A stretch of DNA of 64,000 nucleotides from Pelagomonas calceolata (lineage: Eukaryota). Positions within the stretch are counted from its first letter, which is position 1. Every line of letters starts with the position of its first letter. Shown in pieces: positions 10,753 through 21,035 of the stretch. The position numbers and the translations under genes are program-made. The stretch covers positions 806,001 to 870,000 of the forward strand of contig CAKKNE010000002.1 of NCBI GenBank assembly GCA_918797485.1, given 5' to 3'. The notes beneath the pieces are model-generated. The model was not told the origin of the DNA. It saw only the letters and a program-made list of their open reading frames with translations, and searched no databases.

Positions 10753-11151
10753 ATGGAGCGCCCCTCACGGTCGCGCTCGCGTTCGCCGGCGACTACGCCT
10801 AGGGCCGCAGCGATCTACGCCCAGTCGCGGTCGCGGTCGCGGTCCCCACGACCCCGGCAGTCGCGGAACCAGTCGCCCTCGAGTCAGCCGCGGTCCAATG
10901 TCGCCGCCCCGGTGCAGCAGATGTCGCTCGAACACCAGCAGCAGGTTTTGGCGGTAGTGAATATGGTGGTGGATCCACTGCTTCGTCGCATTGATGCGCT
11001 CGAGTCGGAAGTGCGGCGCCTCTCTGGCAATCAGGGTTCCGCCTACTCGGGCGGTGATATCATGCAAGCCATGCGCATGGCAGACCAGTATGTTTTGGAT
11101 AAGGCGCGCCTTGACATGAAACTGAAGGCCATCCGTGAAGGCCGGGAATGA
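10753..11151 (+). CDS. Hypothetical RS-rich, coiled-coil protein
   Basis: ATG-initiated ORF with RS repeats and a short coiled coil. Confidence 0.55.
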   Translation: MERPSRSRSRSPATTPRAAAIYAQSRSRSRSPRPRQSRNQSPSSQPRSNVAAPVQQMSLEHQQQVLAVVNMVVDPLLRRIDALESEVRRLSGNQGSAYSGGDIMQAMRMADQYVLDKARLDMKLKAIREGRE

Positions 11152-11222
11152 GCCTGCGCGTCTCCGTGGTCCCTCCCCGCCCCCTCCGCTGTGACTAACA
11201 GTTATGTACGAACACACATAGA

Positions 11223-13526
11223 TTAGGCAACGACAGCGTCGAGCGCGCTAAGCTCCGCCTCCGCCGCCCGCACCACATCCATCAACGACTCGTCGTCAGA
11301 AACGACCGCGCGCCGCGCCGCCGCCGCGAAGTCCGAGGCCACGCGGTCGTCGCGTAGCAGACGGCACAGTGCTAGTAACGCACAGCGCGGCTTGACCGGC
11401 GCGTCCGACCCCGAGCAGGCGCGCTGCACGAGGTCACAGCTCGCCGCTCGCAAAGCAGTCCGCGCCGCAAGCGCGTCAACCGCGATGCGGCCGCCCTCCG
11501 CCTTCGTCGAATCGCGCTCGGCGGCGGCGAGGCGCCGGAAACACGCGGCGGCGACGGCCTCACGCGCGTCGTCCGGCGGCTCGACGGACACGGCGAGCCG
11601 CGCCACCAAAGTTTCGGCGCGCGCGAGGCGCCTCCGTTGGGCGACGTCGCGCGGCTGCGCCGCGGCGTCCGCCGCGGTCGCCGCGAGCCGCGCGAGGACC
11701 GCCCGGCTCGGCTCCGCAGACGATGCGGCGGCAGCAGCGGTGAAAATGACAGAAGCTGTCGCGGCGCCGGGCGCCGTCGCGTGCGCGGCGTCCGTGAGCG
11801 CGGCGGCCGTCGTCTCCAGCAGCAGCGCGGCCGCGTCGTCGACGGAGCCCCGCGCCTTCAGCGCGTCGAGCAACGCTATGGATGCCGTTGCGTCCGCGGA
11901 CACGGTCGCGCACGCGGCCCAGACAACTTCGGAAGGCACCGCCCCGAGATGCGCGAGCAGCGCGCCGGCCCGCGGCCAGCACCGTTCGTTGGACACGAGG
12001 GCCTCGAGGTGCGGCGCCACGGCCGTGTCGATTGATGAACACCGCCGCGCGACGTCGACGAGGGCACCCAGCAAAAAGTCGGCGTCGTCTGTATTGTCGG
12101 CGCGCGCCGCGCTCGACGCGAGCGCCGCGCACCACGCGGCCGGCGGGCCCGCGGCCCGAGCCGGCGTTGCGCGCCGTGCGGACGCCTGGGCGGCGCTCGC
12201 CAGCACGCGCGCGTCCTTGGCTTGGAGATCGGCCCGGTCAAACCCGGCCGCCCGGAGCATGTTCGCCGCGGCCTTCGTGTCGCGCTTCAGCAGCACGCGC
12301 CGCGCGAGCGAGCGCCGGGCGGCGCCTCGGAGCCGCGGTGCCAACGCCTCGGCGAGCTTTGGTGCGTTTTTCAGGTCCGCGTCGAGCGCGCAGGCCACGA
12401 GCGACGCCTCCGCCGCGGCGAGGAGGTCCGCGTCGGGCCGCGCGCCCTCCCGCACGCGCAGGGGCGCGGCCCGCGCGAGCGCGTCGCGCGTCGCGTGAAA
12501 CGCAGCACGCCCGCGACGCGCCAGGCACGCGAGCGGCTCGAGCTCCTCCAAGGCCCGCAGAACGGCGCCCTTTGTGGCCCGTTCCGCCGTCGCGCGGCGC
12601 ACCGCGTCGCCCGCCAGCTCCACGCAGCGCTTGCCAAAGCCATCATCAGTAGTTTCATCGCTTAGTGGTGCCGCCTCGTCGGCGGCGGTGACGCCTCTGT
12701 ACAACGTCACCACGCCGCCGTCGGCGCGGTCGTCGCCCTCCAACACGTCGGCCTCGGGCGCGAGGGAAAAGGGCCCCGGCGAGCCCTCGAGAAATACGGA
12801 CGCGCAGCACCGCAGCAACGACGCGCGATAGGCGTCGGCCTCGTGGTCCTTTGGAGGCCCCGCGACGCGTACCGCGTTCACGAGCGGCGCCCGCAGCGTC
12901 TTCGCCGCGGCCGAGGCGAGCTTTCGGCGACAGGCGTCGGGGGCGTTTTTGATCAGCGCCTCGAGCACGCTGCATGCTTCCTTCCGGCAACCGGCGTCGA
13001 AGGAGCTCAGGGCGGCTCCCAATCGAGCGGCAAAGAGCGGCGCCGCGGCGACGATGGCCGCCTGCCGCGCTTGCTCGTCGGCGACGGCGTCGCCCGGGCC
13101 ATACGCCGTCGGCAGGATGGCGTCCCGGATGAGTTTTGACGCGGCCCGTCGCGTGGCCCCGTCGTCGTCGTTGATGAGGCGCGCCGCGCCGTCCAACAAG
13201 GGCGCGAAGCAGCGCCAGGCCTCGTTGCCGTGCGCGGTGGTGATCTCGCGCGCGCCGTCGCAGGCGGCCGTCCGCTGCTTCGCCGAGTGGTGCGCGAGCT
13301 GGCCGAGGTGCTCGTCGAGCGTGAGGCCGCGCCGCGACACCTTGGCACCCGCGCGGTCCTTCGCCACCGATTGCTCGGTGATGGACAGCTGCCGCGTCTG
13401 GAACGACGCGTCGGTTTCGCCCGCGCGACGCTTGACCTTGCGGCCGACCTTGGCCTTCGGGCGCGCGAAGTCGCCGTTACCTCGGCTTCGCTTTTTGTTG
13501 AGGAAATCGCTGGGTTTCTTCGGCAT
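11223..13526 (-). CDS. IPI1: Pre-rRNA processing protein Ipi1/TEX10-like
   Basis: N-terminal DFARPKAKVGRK...TDASFQTRQLSITEQS...LTLDEHLGQLAHHS, followed by HEAT-like helices. Confidence 0.8.
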   Translation of the reverse strand: MPKKPSDFLNKKRSRGNGDFARPKAKVGRKVKRRAGETDASFQTRQLSITEQSVAKDRAGAKVSRRGLTLDEHLGQLAHHSAKQRTAACDGAREITTAHGNEAWRCFAPLLDGAARLINDDDGATRRAASKLIRDAILPTAYGPGDAVADEQARQAAIVAAAPLFAARLGAALSSFDAGCRKEACSVLEALIKNAPDACRRKLASAAAKTLRAPLVNAVRVAGPPKDHEADAYRASLLRCCASVFLEGSPGPFSLAPEADVLEGDDRADGGVVTLYRGVTAADEAAPLSDETTDDGFGKRCVELAGDAVRRATAERATKGAVLRALEELEPLACLARRGRAAFHATRDALARAAPLRVREGARPDADLLAAAEASLVACALDADLKNAPKLAEALAPRLRGAARRSLARRVLLKRDTKAAANMLRAAGFDRADLQAKDARVLASAAQASARRATPARAAGPPAAWCAALASSAARADNTDDADFLLGALVDVARRCSSIDTAVAPHLEALVSNERCWPRAGALLAHLGAVPSEVVWAACATVSADATASIALLDALKARGSVDDAAALLLETTAAALTDAAHATAPGAATASVIFTAAAAASSAEPSRAVLARLAATAADAAAQPRDVAQRRRLARAETLVARLAVSVEPPDDAREAVAAACFRRLAAAERDSTKAEGGRIAVDALAARTALRAASCDLVQRACSGSDAPVKPRCALLALCRLLRDDRVASDFAAAARRAVVSDDESLMDVVRAAEAELSALDAVVA

Positions 13527-13693
13527 TTTACTGCTGTGCAAGTGCAATCTGCAAGCGGTGCTTTGCGGGCACTGTGGCGCCGCGTTTGACTAGCAGCGGC
13601 TGACTACGCACCAAGAGGCTGCGGGAATGCAACTTTAGCACCGAATTTCAGTCGCTTGCAAACGGTGCGGCCTATCGACCGCGTGAAAGCTAT

Positions 13694-13716
13694 CTAGCGG
13701 TATGTAACACACTAGC
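13694..13716 (-). promoter_or_regulatory. GCTAG-box upstream motif
   Basis: Reverse complement gctagtgtgttacataccgctag, ~170 bp upstream of IPI1. Confidence 0.65.
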
Positions 13717-13832
13717 CCTGATCCTAGTCCAGCCGGGGGGAGCGGGAGGGGTCTATCTACTCTCGTGATATCCCATCATGCGCTCCTTACTCATCGGCAT
13801 GTTCTCAGGTACGGCGCCTCCTTCGTCTAGCC

Positions 13833-14462
13833 CTACCTGTCCCACCCGGCCCGCGGGTCACGCCTGGCGCGCTGTGACCGTTCGCGAGGCGCTGGCGGCG
13901 CCGCCGGCGGCGGCGGCGGCGCGTTTGCAGCGGCGGCCGCGCGCGCGTCATTGCGCTTGGCCTCGACCTCCTCCCGACTCGGTAGCGTGTACTCGTCCAC
14001 GCCCCCGTCCAGCGCGCCCGCGAGCTTCAACCGTACCTGGCGAGCCCGAGCGTCGCCCTTCTTCAGCAGGTCCAGGAACGGCCATATCGAGAGGCTCGCT
14101 TGAACTTTCGACATAAGCAGAGCCTCTCCGAGCGTCTCCGCGCTGAAGAGCACTGGGCGACCACCGCGCGCCCGCGCCGCCGCCATCGCACGCACGGCGG
14201 CCGCCAGGAGGGCGTCGAATCTGAACCACTTCACGCCGGGCAAATTGTTCGTGGGACGAACCATGTCGCGTACGTCGGCGATGGCCGACGCCGCGGCATC
14301 CGCGTCCACATTCGTCAGGTGCTCGACGACCGCCTCATAGAGCTTCGTCTCCAGGGCTTCGGACGCGCGCTTTGCGGCGTCGCGCGCGGCTTCGACCTCC
14401 GGTTTCGTCGCCGGAGTGTACTCGCCCGCGTCCAGGCCCGCGTCCACGAGCTTCGACCACAC
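13833..14462 (-). other. ORF without a good ATG, containing an internal duplicated motif (gene fragment or 3' exon)
   Basis: Frame open 14693-13833; the only ATGs are internal; repeats KLVDAGLDAGEYTPATKPEVEAAR / KLAGALDGGVDEYTLPSREEVEAKR. Confidence 0.4.
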
Positions 14463-14873
14463 CGCATGAGCTCTTTTTTTTAGCTCCTCCCGAGCCCGAG
14501 CTCGTGCCGCGCCCGCGCCCGGCGGCGCGGGCCGGCGCGTTTTTAACGGACGATCCTCTTGTTTTCGAGATCTGAAGCGGTCTCCGCGCGCGGTTCTCGC
14601 GCTGGGCCCGGATTTATTACTCGAGACTCTTCCCGGTCTCGGGTTTTTTTGCTTGATTTTTGGCCGACTCAGGAGGCGTCCCGCGGAGCAAGCCTATTGA
14701 CTGTACGTACGTGGTCTTAAGCCCAGGCGCCCGCTGCTTATCGGAACATCCTCTCGTTCTGGCGCGCCTCTGAGTAGAAGAAGATTGTGTTTTTTGTATT
14801 GTTAGTATATGATAGGATAGTCAAGGGCAACCACGGCCGCGAGGCGCGTGGCGACCGGCAGGGGGGAGGGGTA

Positions 14874-15968
14874 TCAGACCGCCACGCTGGCCGGCGGCGG
14901 CTCGACGCACAACGGCGCCGCGAACGCGACGGTCGGCGCGCGCTCGTCCGACGCCGGCACCGAGGCGACGTTCTTCGGCGAGGCGTCGCCGTCGGCCTCC
15001 TCGGCCTTGGCGAGCGGCGGCGCCTCGACGTCGACCGTCGGCGGCGGCTGCCGCGGCGTGACCGACGGCGCCGCGCCGTCGGCGCCGGGGTGCGTCTTGG
15101 CGAAGAGCTGGGAGATGAAGGCGTCGCGCTCGACGAGCATCTGCTCCAGCGTCGCGACGCGGTTCTGGAGAAGTTTGACGTCCGGCGCCGCGGCGGGGTC
15201 GCCCTCCGTGGTGGAGACCGTGCGCGCCACGGGCTCGGCGTCGCGCGGCGTCGAGAACGGCGCGGCCGCCGGCCAGGCGCTCGCGCCCGTCGTCAGGCGG
15301 CGATCGACGGCCGGCGTCTCGGGCGCGTCGACGGTGACCGGCGCCGGAGTCTGCTGCGGCGCGGCGGCCGGCGCCTGGGCCGAGAGCGCGGCCGTCAGCA
15401 CCGCGAGGCCGTCGATGCCCGAGCCGGAGGGCCGCGGCGTCCGCGTGAAGACCCCCCGCAGCGCCGCGGCGGCGTCTTCGTCGGACATGTCAGAATTGGA
15501 GCGCTGCCGCTTCGGCGGCGCGCGCGAGCGCGGCCGGTCCGAGCCGGCGGCGCGCGAGCCGTCGGACGGCGAGAGGTGTTCCATGCGGCGGATCTGGCAG
15601 AGGAGCTCCGGGCGGTCGCGCTGGAAGAGCGCGTGCTGGAACTCGGACCAGCCCGACTGGCCGTTGGCTTGCGAGAGCTTTCGCCTCCGCGTCTTGCGGA
15701 AGCCGTAGCAGGAGAGCTGGCGGCAGAAGCTGCGGAAGTTCGTGTGCGAGAAGTACTGCGGGAGCACCGTGCGCGACGCGAGCTCGTCATTCACGAGGAA
15801 GGACAGGCCGTCGTCCGTCCAGCCGCCGACCTCGGTCGGCATCGAGGTTACTAAGGTCGAGAGCTTCGAGAGAAACGGGGCGACCTTGTTGTTCGTCTTG
15901 TCCACGTTCGCCAGGACCGTGGAGATGTTCTTGCGCTTGCGCGGGGCGGCGCGGCGCTCGGACGACAT
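14874..15968 (-). CDS. HSF-type DNA-binding transcription factor
   Basis: PFLSKL..GWTDDGLSFLV..VLPQYFSHTNFRSFCRQLSCYGFRK..EFQHALFQRDRPELLCQIRR. Confidence 0.92.
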   Translation of the reverse strand: MSSERRAAPRKRKNISTVLANVDKTNNKVAPFLSKLSTLVTSMPTEVGGWTDDGLSFLVNDELASRTVLPQYFSHTNFRSFCRQLSCYGFRKTRRRKLSQANGQSGWSEFQHALFQRDRPELLCQIRRMEHLSPSDGSRAAGSDRPRSRAPPKRQRSNSDMSDEDAAAALRGVFTRTPRPSGSGIDGLAVLTAALSAQAPAAAPQQTPAPVTVDAPETPAVDRRLTTGASAWPAAAPFSTPRDAEPVARTVSTTEGDPAAAPDVKLLQNRVATLEQMLVERDAFISQLFAKTHPGADGAAPSVTPRQPPPTVDVEAPPLAKAEEADGDASPKNVASVPASDERAPTVAFAAPLCVEPPPASVAV

Positions 15969-16737
15969 TGTCGCGTGTTGTGTGTTGTCCTTAAAAACGC
16001 CTGCGGGGGGTTAACCGGTTCGCTATGCGCAGAGACGTGGGCGACTGAGCGAGCGGCGGTGCCAGGGGTGGCCACGGGGCGACGTGGCTCACTGGCTGTT
16101 GGCCGGGTACGCGGAGAACTCAAACGAGTGAGCTCATCAGCGGCACCCACCCGCCACTTAAGCGCAGCAGGCCCCGCAGGGAGTCCACGGTCACGTCCGA
16201 GGGCGCTGCGCCCGCGGCTGAGCGACCGCGGCTCGGGTCAAATCAAATAAAGCGGGGCTGCGGTTTATGCGCCTTTTTGGCGCCGCGCGGCGCCGCGCGG
16301 CGCTGATTTCGACACTGGGGCCTGCTCTAGTCGTTCAAGAACCACTTACGGCTGTCTACGCCGCTGTTCAATCGAACTGGGCTCCGCTTTGAGGGGAAGC
16401 GGTCGGTTGCTCTCTCGGCGCCTAAAATAAGCATCCGTGAAACCCCGCAGGGTGGTCCAAGAACCAGCCCCGTAGACGCTTGTTGCGCGCCTGGAACGTG
16501 TTTCCTACTCGTCCAGAGGCGTCAGCCCACGCATTTGTCTTTAAGGCGAATTTTGCCTCTTTGGCAGCCCCAAGAACCCCCAAGACTCCTGAAAAGCTGC
16601 CCCACCGCAATCGGCGGATACCTGGCACGCGTCCGCACCCGCCTGGAGGCTATGGCAGATGAGAGGCCCCGCACGGAGACTAGGGAGACTTCCAAACTTG
16701 GGCGCCCGCATCATAAAAACGTGGGCCAACGAGCACC

Positions 16738-17481
16738 ATGTGCCTCCTCTGGTGCTACAACAAGATCCGCAAGGACGGCTGCGTCGCCCTCTGCCAGGAC
16801 ATCTGCCCGGACTGCGCCTGCATTGGGGGCATTGTGGTGATCGCGACGGCGCCGCTGGGCTGCTTGATCGGATTGATAGGCGGGCTGTTGTTCGGATTGG
16901 TGAAGTGGCTCCCGGGCAGCTTTCACCGGTCCAAGGAGTTGTGTGAAGGGTACTGCGCGGTGATCCAGAAGGGCGTCGAACATTATGATGTTGAGGACGG
17001 TAGGACACAGCCAACCCAGAACCGGGGCACCATCGCGTCCCAGGCCCAGGCCTGCGGCGACAAGTGCGGCGCGGAATTTTATTGTTGCATGCTGCCGGCC
17101 TTCCTTGTGTTCCAGTTACTTTACCCGGTACTGACATTGATCGTGATCATAATCGTCTGTCCCGTCAACGGCGCCTGCAAGGGCTGCAACGCGGGCTGCG
17201 GTCTGCTACCAGACTTCTGCGACCGCCTCAAGGCGGCCTTCCGCGACATCGACGCGCACACGTCGGAAGCGGCCTACGGCGGCGGCGGCCACAATTGGCT
17301 GGCGCCCGCGCCGCCGCCGTCGGCGCAGCCCGTGGGCCGCGCGGCCCAGTTCCAGGAGATGCCGGCGCCGCAGCAGCAGTTCCGGCCCGCGGTGCCGCCG
17401 CGGCCGGCCATTCCCGTCGCCTACGCGACCCAGCCCGTCGCCTACGCGCAGCCGCCGCAGCCGCCGCCGCGCTACCGCTAA
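16738..17481 (+). CDS. Cys-rich membrane protein with Pro-rich tail, unknown function
   Basis: Two hydrophobic segments; ATG in accATG context. Confidence 0.65.
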   Translation: MCLLWCYNKIRKDGCVALCQDICPDCACIGGIVVIATAPLGCLIGLIGGLLFGLVKWLPGSFHRSKELCEGYCAVIQKGVEHYDVEDGRTQPTQNRGTIASQAQACGDKCGAEFYCCMLPAFLVFQLLYPVLTLIVIIIVCPVNGACKGCNAGCGLLPDFCDRLKAAFRDIDAHTSEAAYGGGGHNWLAPAPPPSAQPVGRAAQFQEMPAPQQQFRPAVPPRPAIPVAYATQPVAYAQPPQPPPRYR

Positions 17482-17554
17482 GTACTAGTAGATTCAACAG
17501 CTCCGTCGGCTCGACGGCGTAAGGGGGGCGAATACAAAAACAAACAGGATATAT

Positions 17555-18271
17555 TCACACGAGGTCCTCAGCCGGTGCCACCTTGGGGCACCCGAACAGG
17601 AGGAAGAGCAGGCCCTGCGCCGCCGAACATAAAACGCCGGCGACGTTCGGGCCCCAGACGTACGCGTCGCCCTCGAGGAGACCGTAGAGGGCCCAGAGCA
17701 CGGAGCAGGCCGCGGACGCCACCGTCACGGCCGGGACGAGCGACGCCGTCGACCGCGTCCGCCAGACCGTCGCGAGCGTTGAGAGCGGCGAGGCGAACAT
17801 GACGACGCACGCGCCGACGCCCAGCAGGCCCAGCGCGTCGCGCGTCTCCCCGTCGACGTCGAGCGGGTAGGGCGACGAGTGGTGGACCTTTTTTGGTGCG
17901 CCGCGCCACGCCGCGAGCCGCGCCTGTAATGCTACGAAGACCGCGAAGCCCGCCACCAGTAACCGCAGCTGCGTTGCGAACGTCTTGGCGGGCGGCTTCG
18001 CGAAGCGGATGAACACGCCCAAACAGTAGGCGCCGCTCGCGACGCCGACGGCGTTGCTCGCGACCATGGGCACCCAGTCCCTACCTATAATACCGTACAG
18101 CACCCACACACTACAGTTCGCGACGATGCAGGCGAAGGGCAGCGGCGAGAGCGCGCCGACGTTCTGGTCCCGGCGTATTTTTCTTGCTGTTTGGAGCGGT
18201 GTGTAGTAGATGGCGAGGGCCGCGCCCGTCGCGGCGGCCTTGAGGGCGTGCATGAGCATGGGTGCGACCAT
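17555..18271 (-). CDS. SWEET: SWEET (MtN3/saliva) sugar transporter
   Basis: Two MtN3 repeats: TPLQTARKI..SPLPF..NCSVWVLYG; MFASPLSTL..LWALYGL..PNVAG. Confidence 0.9.
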   Translation of the reverse strand: MVAPMLMHALKAAATGAALAIYYTPLQTARKIRRDQNVGALSPLPFACIVANCSVWVLYGIIGRDWVPMVASNAVGVASGAYCLGVFIRFAKPPAKTFATQLRLLVAGFAVFVALQARLAAWRGAPKKVHHSSPYPLDVDGETRDALGLLGVGACVVMFASPLSTLATVWRTRSTASLVPAVTVASAACSVLWALYGLLEGDAYVWGPNVAGVLCSAAQGLLFLLFGCPKVAPAEDLV

Positions 18272-18327
18272 CCTTGCTAACGTCCTTTCTTAATGCTGCG
18301 AGCTGGCGTGTCGGGGGTCGTCCCAAT

Positions 18328-18397
18328 CTGTGTCCAGGTCAACACGTTCGAGCGCAGCGATGGCGCAGCGCGTCGATGGCGTCCAGTGAGTGTGTAC
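18328..18397 (-). other. Probable 5'-UTR GT-AG intron of SWEET (70 nt) with introner core
   Basis: cag|gtacac...gacgccatcgacgcg...ggacacag; no ATG in the upstream exon. Confidence 0.6.
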
Positions 18398-18474
18398 CTG
18401 CCTCAACGCCGCCACAGATGCCAATACCGAGGCACTACGGCAGCTTTGGGCTGAATTTTGGGCGCTGGCGGCTT

Positions 18475-18497
18475 GCTAGCGTCAGTAAGACACTAGC
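18475..18497 (-). promoter_or_regulatory. GCTAG-box upstream motif
   Basis: Reverse complement gctagtgtcttactgacgctagc, in a divergent region. Confidence 0.75.
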
Positions 18498-18608
18498 AAA
18501 AATCGAGCAAGGCCACTCTCCTCGCACGAATTCGTCGATTTGGGACGCTCCGGTGGACCGCGCGTCCCATCTACTGCCCACTCCACGCTGCCGCCGCGGG
18601 GCTGCACG

Positions 18609-19418
18609 ATGTCAGCCATGCTCAAGAAGCGCTACGGCCCATGGGTGGACCAGGGCCCCACGAGCAGCATAGATCATGCGGTGCGCATGCGCGTGCTGGC
18701 CATTCCCCAGGCGGGCATGGGCGCGTGGGCGTTCCACGGCTGGCAGGCGGCTCTCCCGGAGACGGTGGAACTGCTACCGGTCGAATTGCCCGGTCGTAAC
18801 TCTCGCATGCTCGAACCGAAGGGCCAGTCGATGCGCCAGCTCGTCACGGCCCTCGTCGACGCCCTCGCCGAGACGCTGCGCGAGACGCCGTTTGTCGTCT
18901 TCGGGCACAGCCTGGGCGCCTGGATGGCGTACGAGGTCTGCGTCGAGCTCCAGAAGCGGGGCGGGCCGACACCCGTAGGGTTAGTTGTCTCGGGGGCCCG
19001 CGCGCCGCAGCTCGCCGATCCCAAGAACGACGCTGACCGCGTCCAGCCGCGCATGGCGGACTTGCCGTCCCGAGCGTTCTGGGCGCATTTTGAAAGACGC
19101 TACGGTGCGAATCCGGACCTGGCGCACGTTGCTGTGAAGGAGCACGTCGAGCCGCTACTGAAGGCGGATTTTCGATTGTTCGAAACGTACCAGCCGAGAC
19201 TCGCCGTCCTGCCGTACGCCGTCGTCGCGTGCGCGGCCGTCGGCGACGACCGCGTGCTGGACTCGCAGCTGGAGGCGTGGCGGGAGCGCTGCGGCGGCGG
19301 TTTTGCAATGCAACGCTTCGACGCGACGTGGCCGCCCTGGGCGACGCCGCACCGCTGGCCCGTCGACGATCCCATTGCATTTCTCGCGTGGTTTGGCCCC
19401 TGGTTGTGTTCACATTAA
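18609..19418 (+). CDS. Type II (stand-alone) thioesterase, alpha/beta hydrolase
   Basis: IPQAGMGA..FHGW, VELPGRNSR, FGHSLGA, PLLKADF. Confidence 0.85.
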   Translation: MSAMLKKRYGPWVDQGPTSSIDHAVRMRVLAIPQAGMGAWAFHGWQAALPETVELLPVELPGRNSRMLEPKGQSMRQLVTALVDALAETLRETPFVVFGHSLGAWMAYEVCVELQKRGGPTPVGLVVSGARAPQLADPKNDADRVQPRMADLPSRAFWAHFERRYGANPDLAHVAVKEHVEPLLKADFRLFETYQPRLAVLPYAVVACAAVGDDRVLDSQLEAWRERCGGGFAMQRFDATWPPWATPHRWPVDDPIAFLAWFGPWLCSH

Positions 19419-19444
19419 GAGTATTACTTGTCACGGGGGCACAT

Positions 19445-20635
19445 CTAGGCGTCGAGGTCCGTCACCATGAGCGCGACGGGTCCCGGGCCCAGAGAGGAGA
19501 GAGGCGCGTCGTCGTCGTCGAGCGTCCGCATCGGCGGTCCCACATAGACCAGATCGAAATTATCGGGCGCCCGTCCAGAGGCGTCGACGAAAGACCGGAC
19601 CAGCGAAATTGGGTCGAGATACGAGAAGGTTCGCGCCAGTGGTTGTCCTTCCGGTAGTCTCACGCGCACGCGCTTGGCCGTCGGCCCGGTCGCCTCGGGC
19701 GTCGCTGCCAGAAGCTGCCTAGCGGCCTCCCGGCGATCGCGAATCACTTGTTCGCGCGCCGCCTCGGCGTCTTCGGCGGCGCGCTGTTCCTCCTTCCGTT
19801 GGTCTTCAGCGAGCGACCGCGCGTAGGCGTCGTCCGTCTCGCTCCGGATCCGCCGCGCCTCGTCCGCCGACGACTCGCGCTCCGCGCTCGCGTCGGGCGG
19901 GCGCCGCGCCGCGGGCGGCTGCAGGAGCGGCGGCAGGAGGCCCGGCTGTGGGAGCGGCGGCGTGGGCGCGGGCGCGGGTACCGGCCGGCGGCGCGGTGGA
20001 GGCGCGGTGTCGCGCGCGTCGGGCGCCGGGGGGCGTCCCACTGGAGCGGGGCGGCGCGGCGCCGCGCTCAGGGCCTCCTGCTGGCGCCGGACCGCGGCCA
20101 TGCGCGCCGCGCTCCGATCCGCAGCTACTTGTTTCGGCTCGACGGCCCGCTTGGCGCCGCGCAGGACGGGTGCCACCGCGTACGTCCAGATTACGAGGCA
20201 GAGGCAAGCCACGAAGAGGTAGTACACGACTAGTCCGGGCCGGAACCAGTCCGGTAGGAGGCCCCCGCCTCCGTAGGCGTGGTGGCGCTGGCGCCGGGCG
20301 TTCCGCTCGAACTCGATCCGCGCGAGCTCGACGTCGTACTCGATGCGCTTCGCGTCGTCTGAGAGCACCTCTTCGGCCGCGGAGGCAGCGTGGAAGCGCC
20401 GCGCGCACCGCGCGGCGCCGCCCAGCAGCGCGTGCCAGAGGCCGCGCTTCGAGGCGCACTTGTCCGGATGGAACTTGAGCGCCGCTTGCTTGTAGGCCGC
20501 GCGGACTTCTTCCTTCGTCGCGCGCCGGTCGACGCCGAGGGCCGAGTAGTGGTCGGTCGGGTCTTTGCGTGCCAGGAATACGGTCGCGGCGACCGCTGCG
20601 ACGGCACATGCCACCGCAAACCGCGCGCCGGCCAT
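19445..20635 (-). CDS. Signal anchor + DnaJ domain + TM + UBX domain protein
   Basis: DHYSALGV..YKQAALKFHPDK; TM LVVYYLFVACLCLVIWTY; VRVRLPEGQPLARTF..PPMRTL. Confidence 0.85.
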   Translation of the reverse strand: MAGARFAVACAVAAVAATVFLARKDPTDHYSALGVDRRATKEEVRAAYKQAALKFHPDKCASKRGLWHALLGGAARCARRFHAASAAEEVLSDDAKRIEYDVELARIEFERNARRQRHHAYGGGGLLPDWFRPGLVVYYLFVACLCLVIWTYAVAPVLRGAKRAVEPKQVAADRSAARMAAVRRQQEALSAAPRRPAPVGRPPAPDARDTAPPPRRRPVPAPAPTPPLPQPGLLPPLLQPPAARRPPDASAERESSADEARRIRSETDDAYARSLAEDQRKEEQRAAEDAEAAREQVIRDRREAARQLLAATPEATGPTAKRVRVRLPEGQPLARTFSYLDPISLVRSFVDASGRAPDNFDLVYVGPPMRTLDDDDAPLSSLGPGPVALMVTDLDA

Positions 20636-20808
20636 TCTCGTAACGCAGCGCGGCAATCTCAGCAATGAGGTTTCAGCCACAAGCGCAGCCGCACGCGTTG
20701 CAGGCAGCAGCGCGATTGAAAGCTGCGGTGACTGCGACTGTGCTGCAGTCACCGTGGTGCGCGAAATCGACTCATTCGCGTCCAGCCCAGGCGCACAAAA
20801 CCCCGCTT

Positions 20809-20829
20809 GCTAGTGTCTTACCTGTCTAA
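20809..20829 (+). promoter_or_regulatory. GCTAG-box upstream motif (right arm degenerate)
   Basis: gctagtgtcttacctgtctaa, in a divergent region. Confidence 0.65.
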
Positions 20830-20974
20830 GTACAGGCCGCTTGCTGGGAGGCCACTAAGACCAAATCCCAGACACGTCGCACAGATAGGACGAGGTGCAC
20901 CGCCGCAAATCGACGGCTCTGACCGCTCCGCCCCAGCCCAATACACAGCTCTGCATCACCGATTTGCTCTCTTA

Positions 20975-21032
20975 AAGTGGCATTGCACGCACCGTTTCAA
21001 AGCAAGTGGCATTGCACGCACCGTTTCAAAGC
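20975..21032 (+). repeat. Perfect 29-bp tandem duplication immediately upstream of ATG 21036
   Basis: aagtggcattgcacgcaccgtttcaaagc x2. Confidence 0.9.
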
Positions 21033-21035
21033 ACC

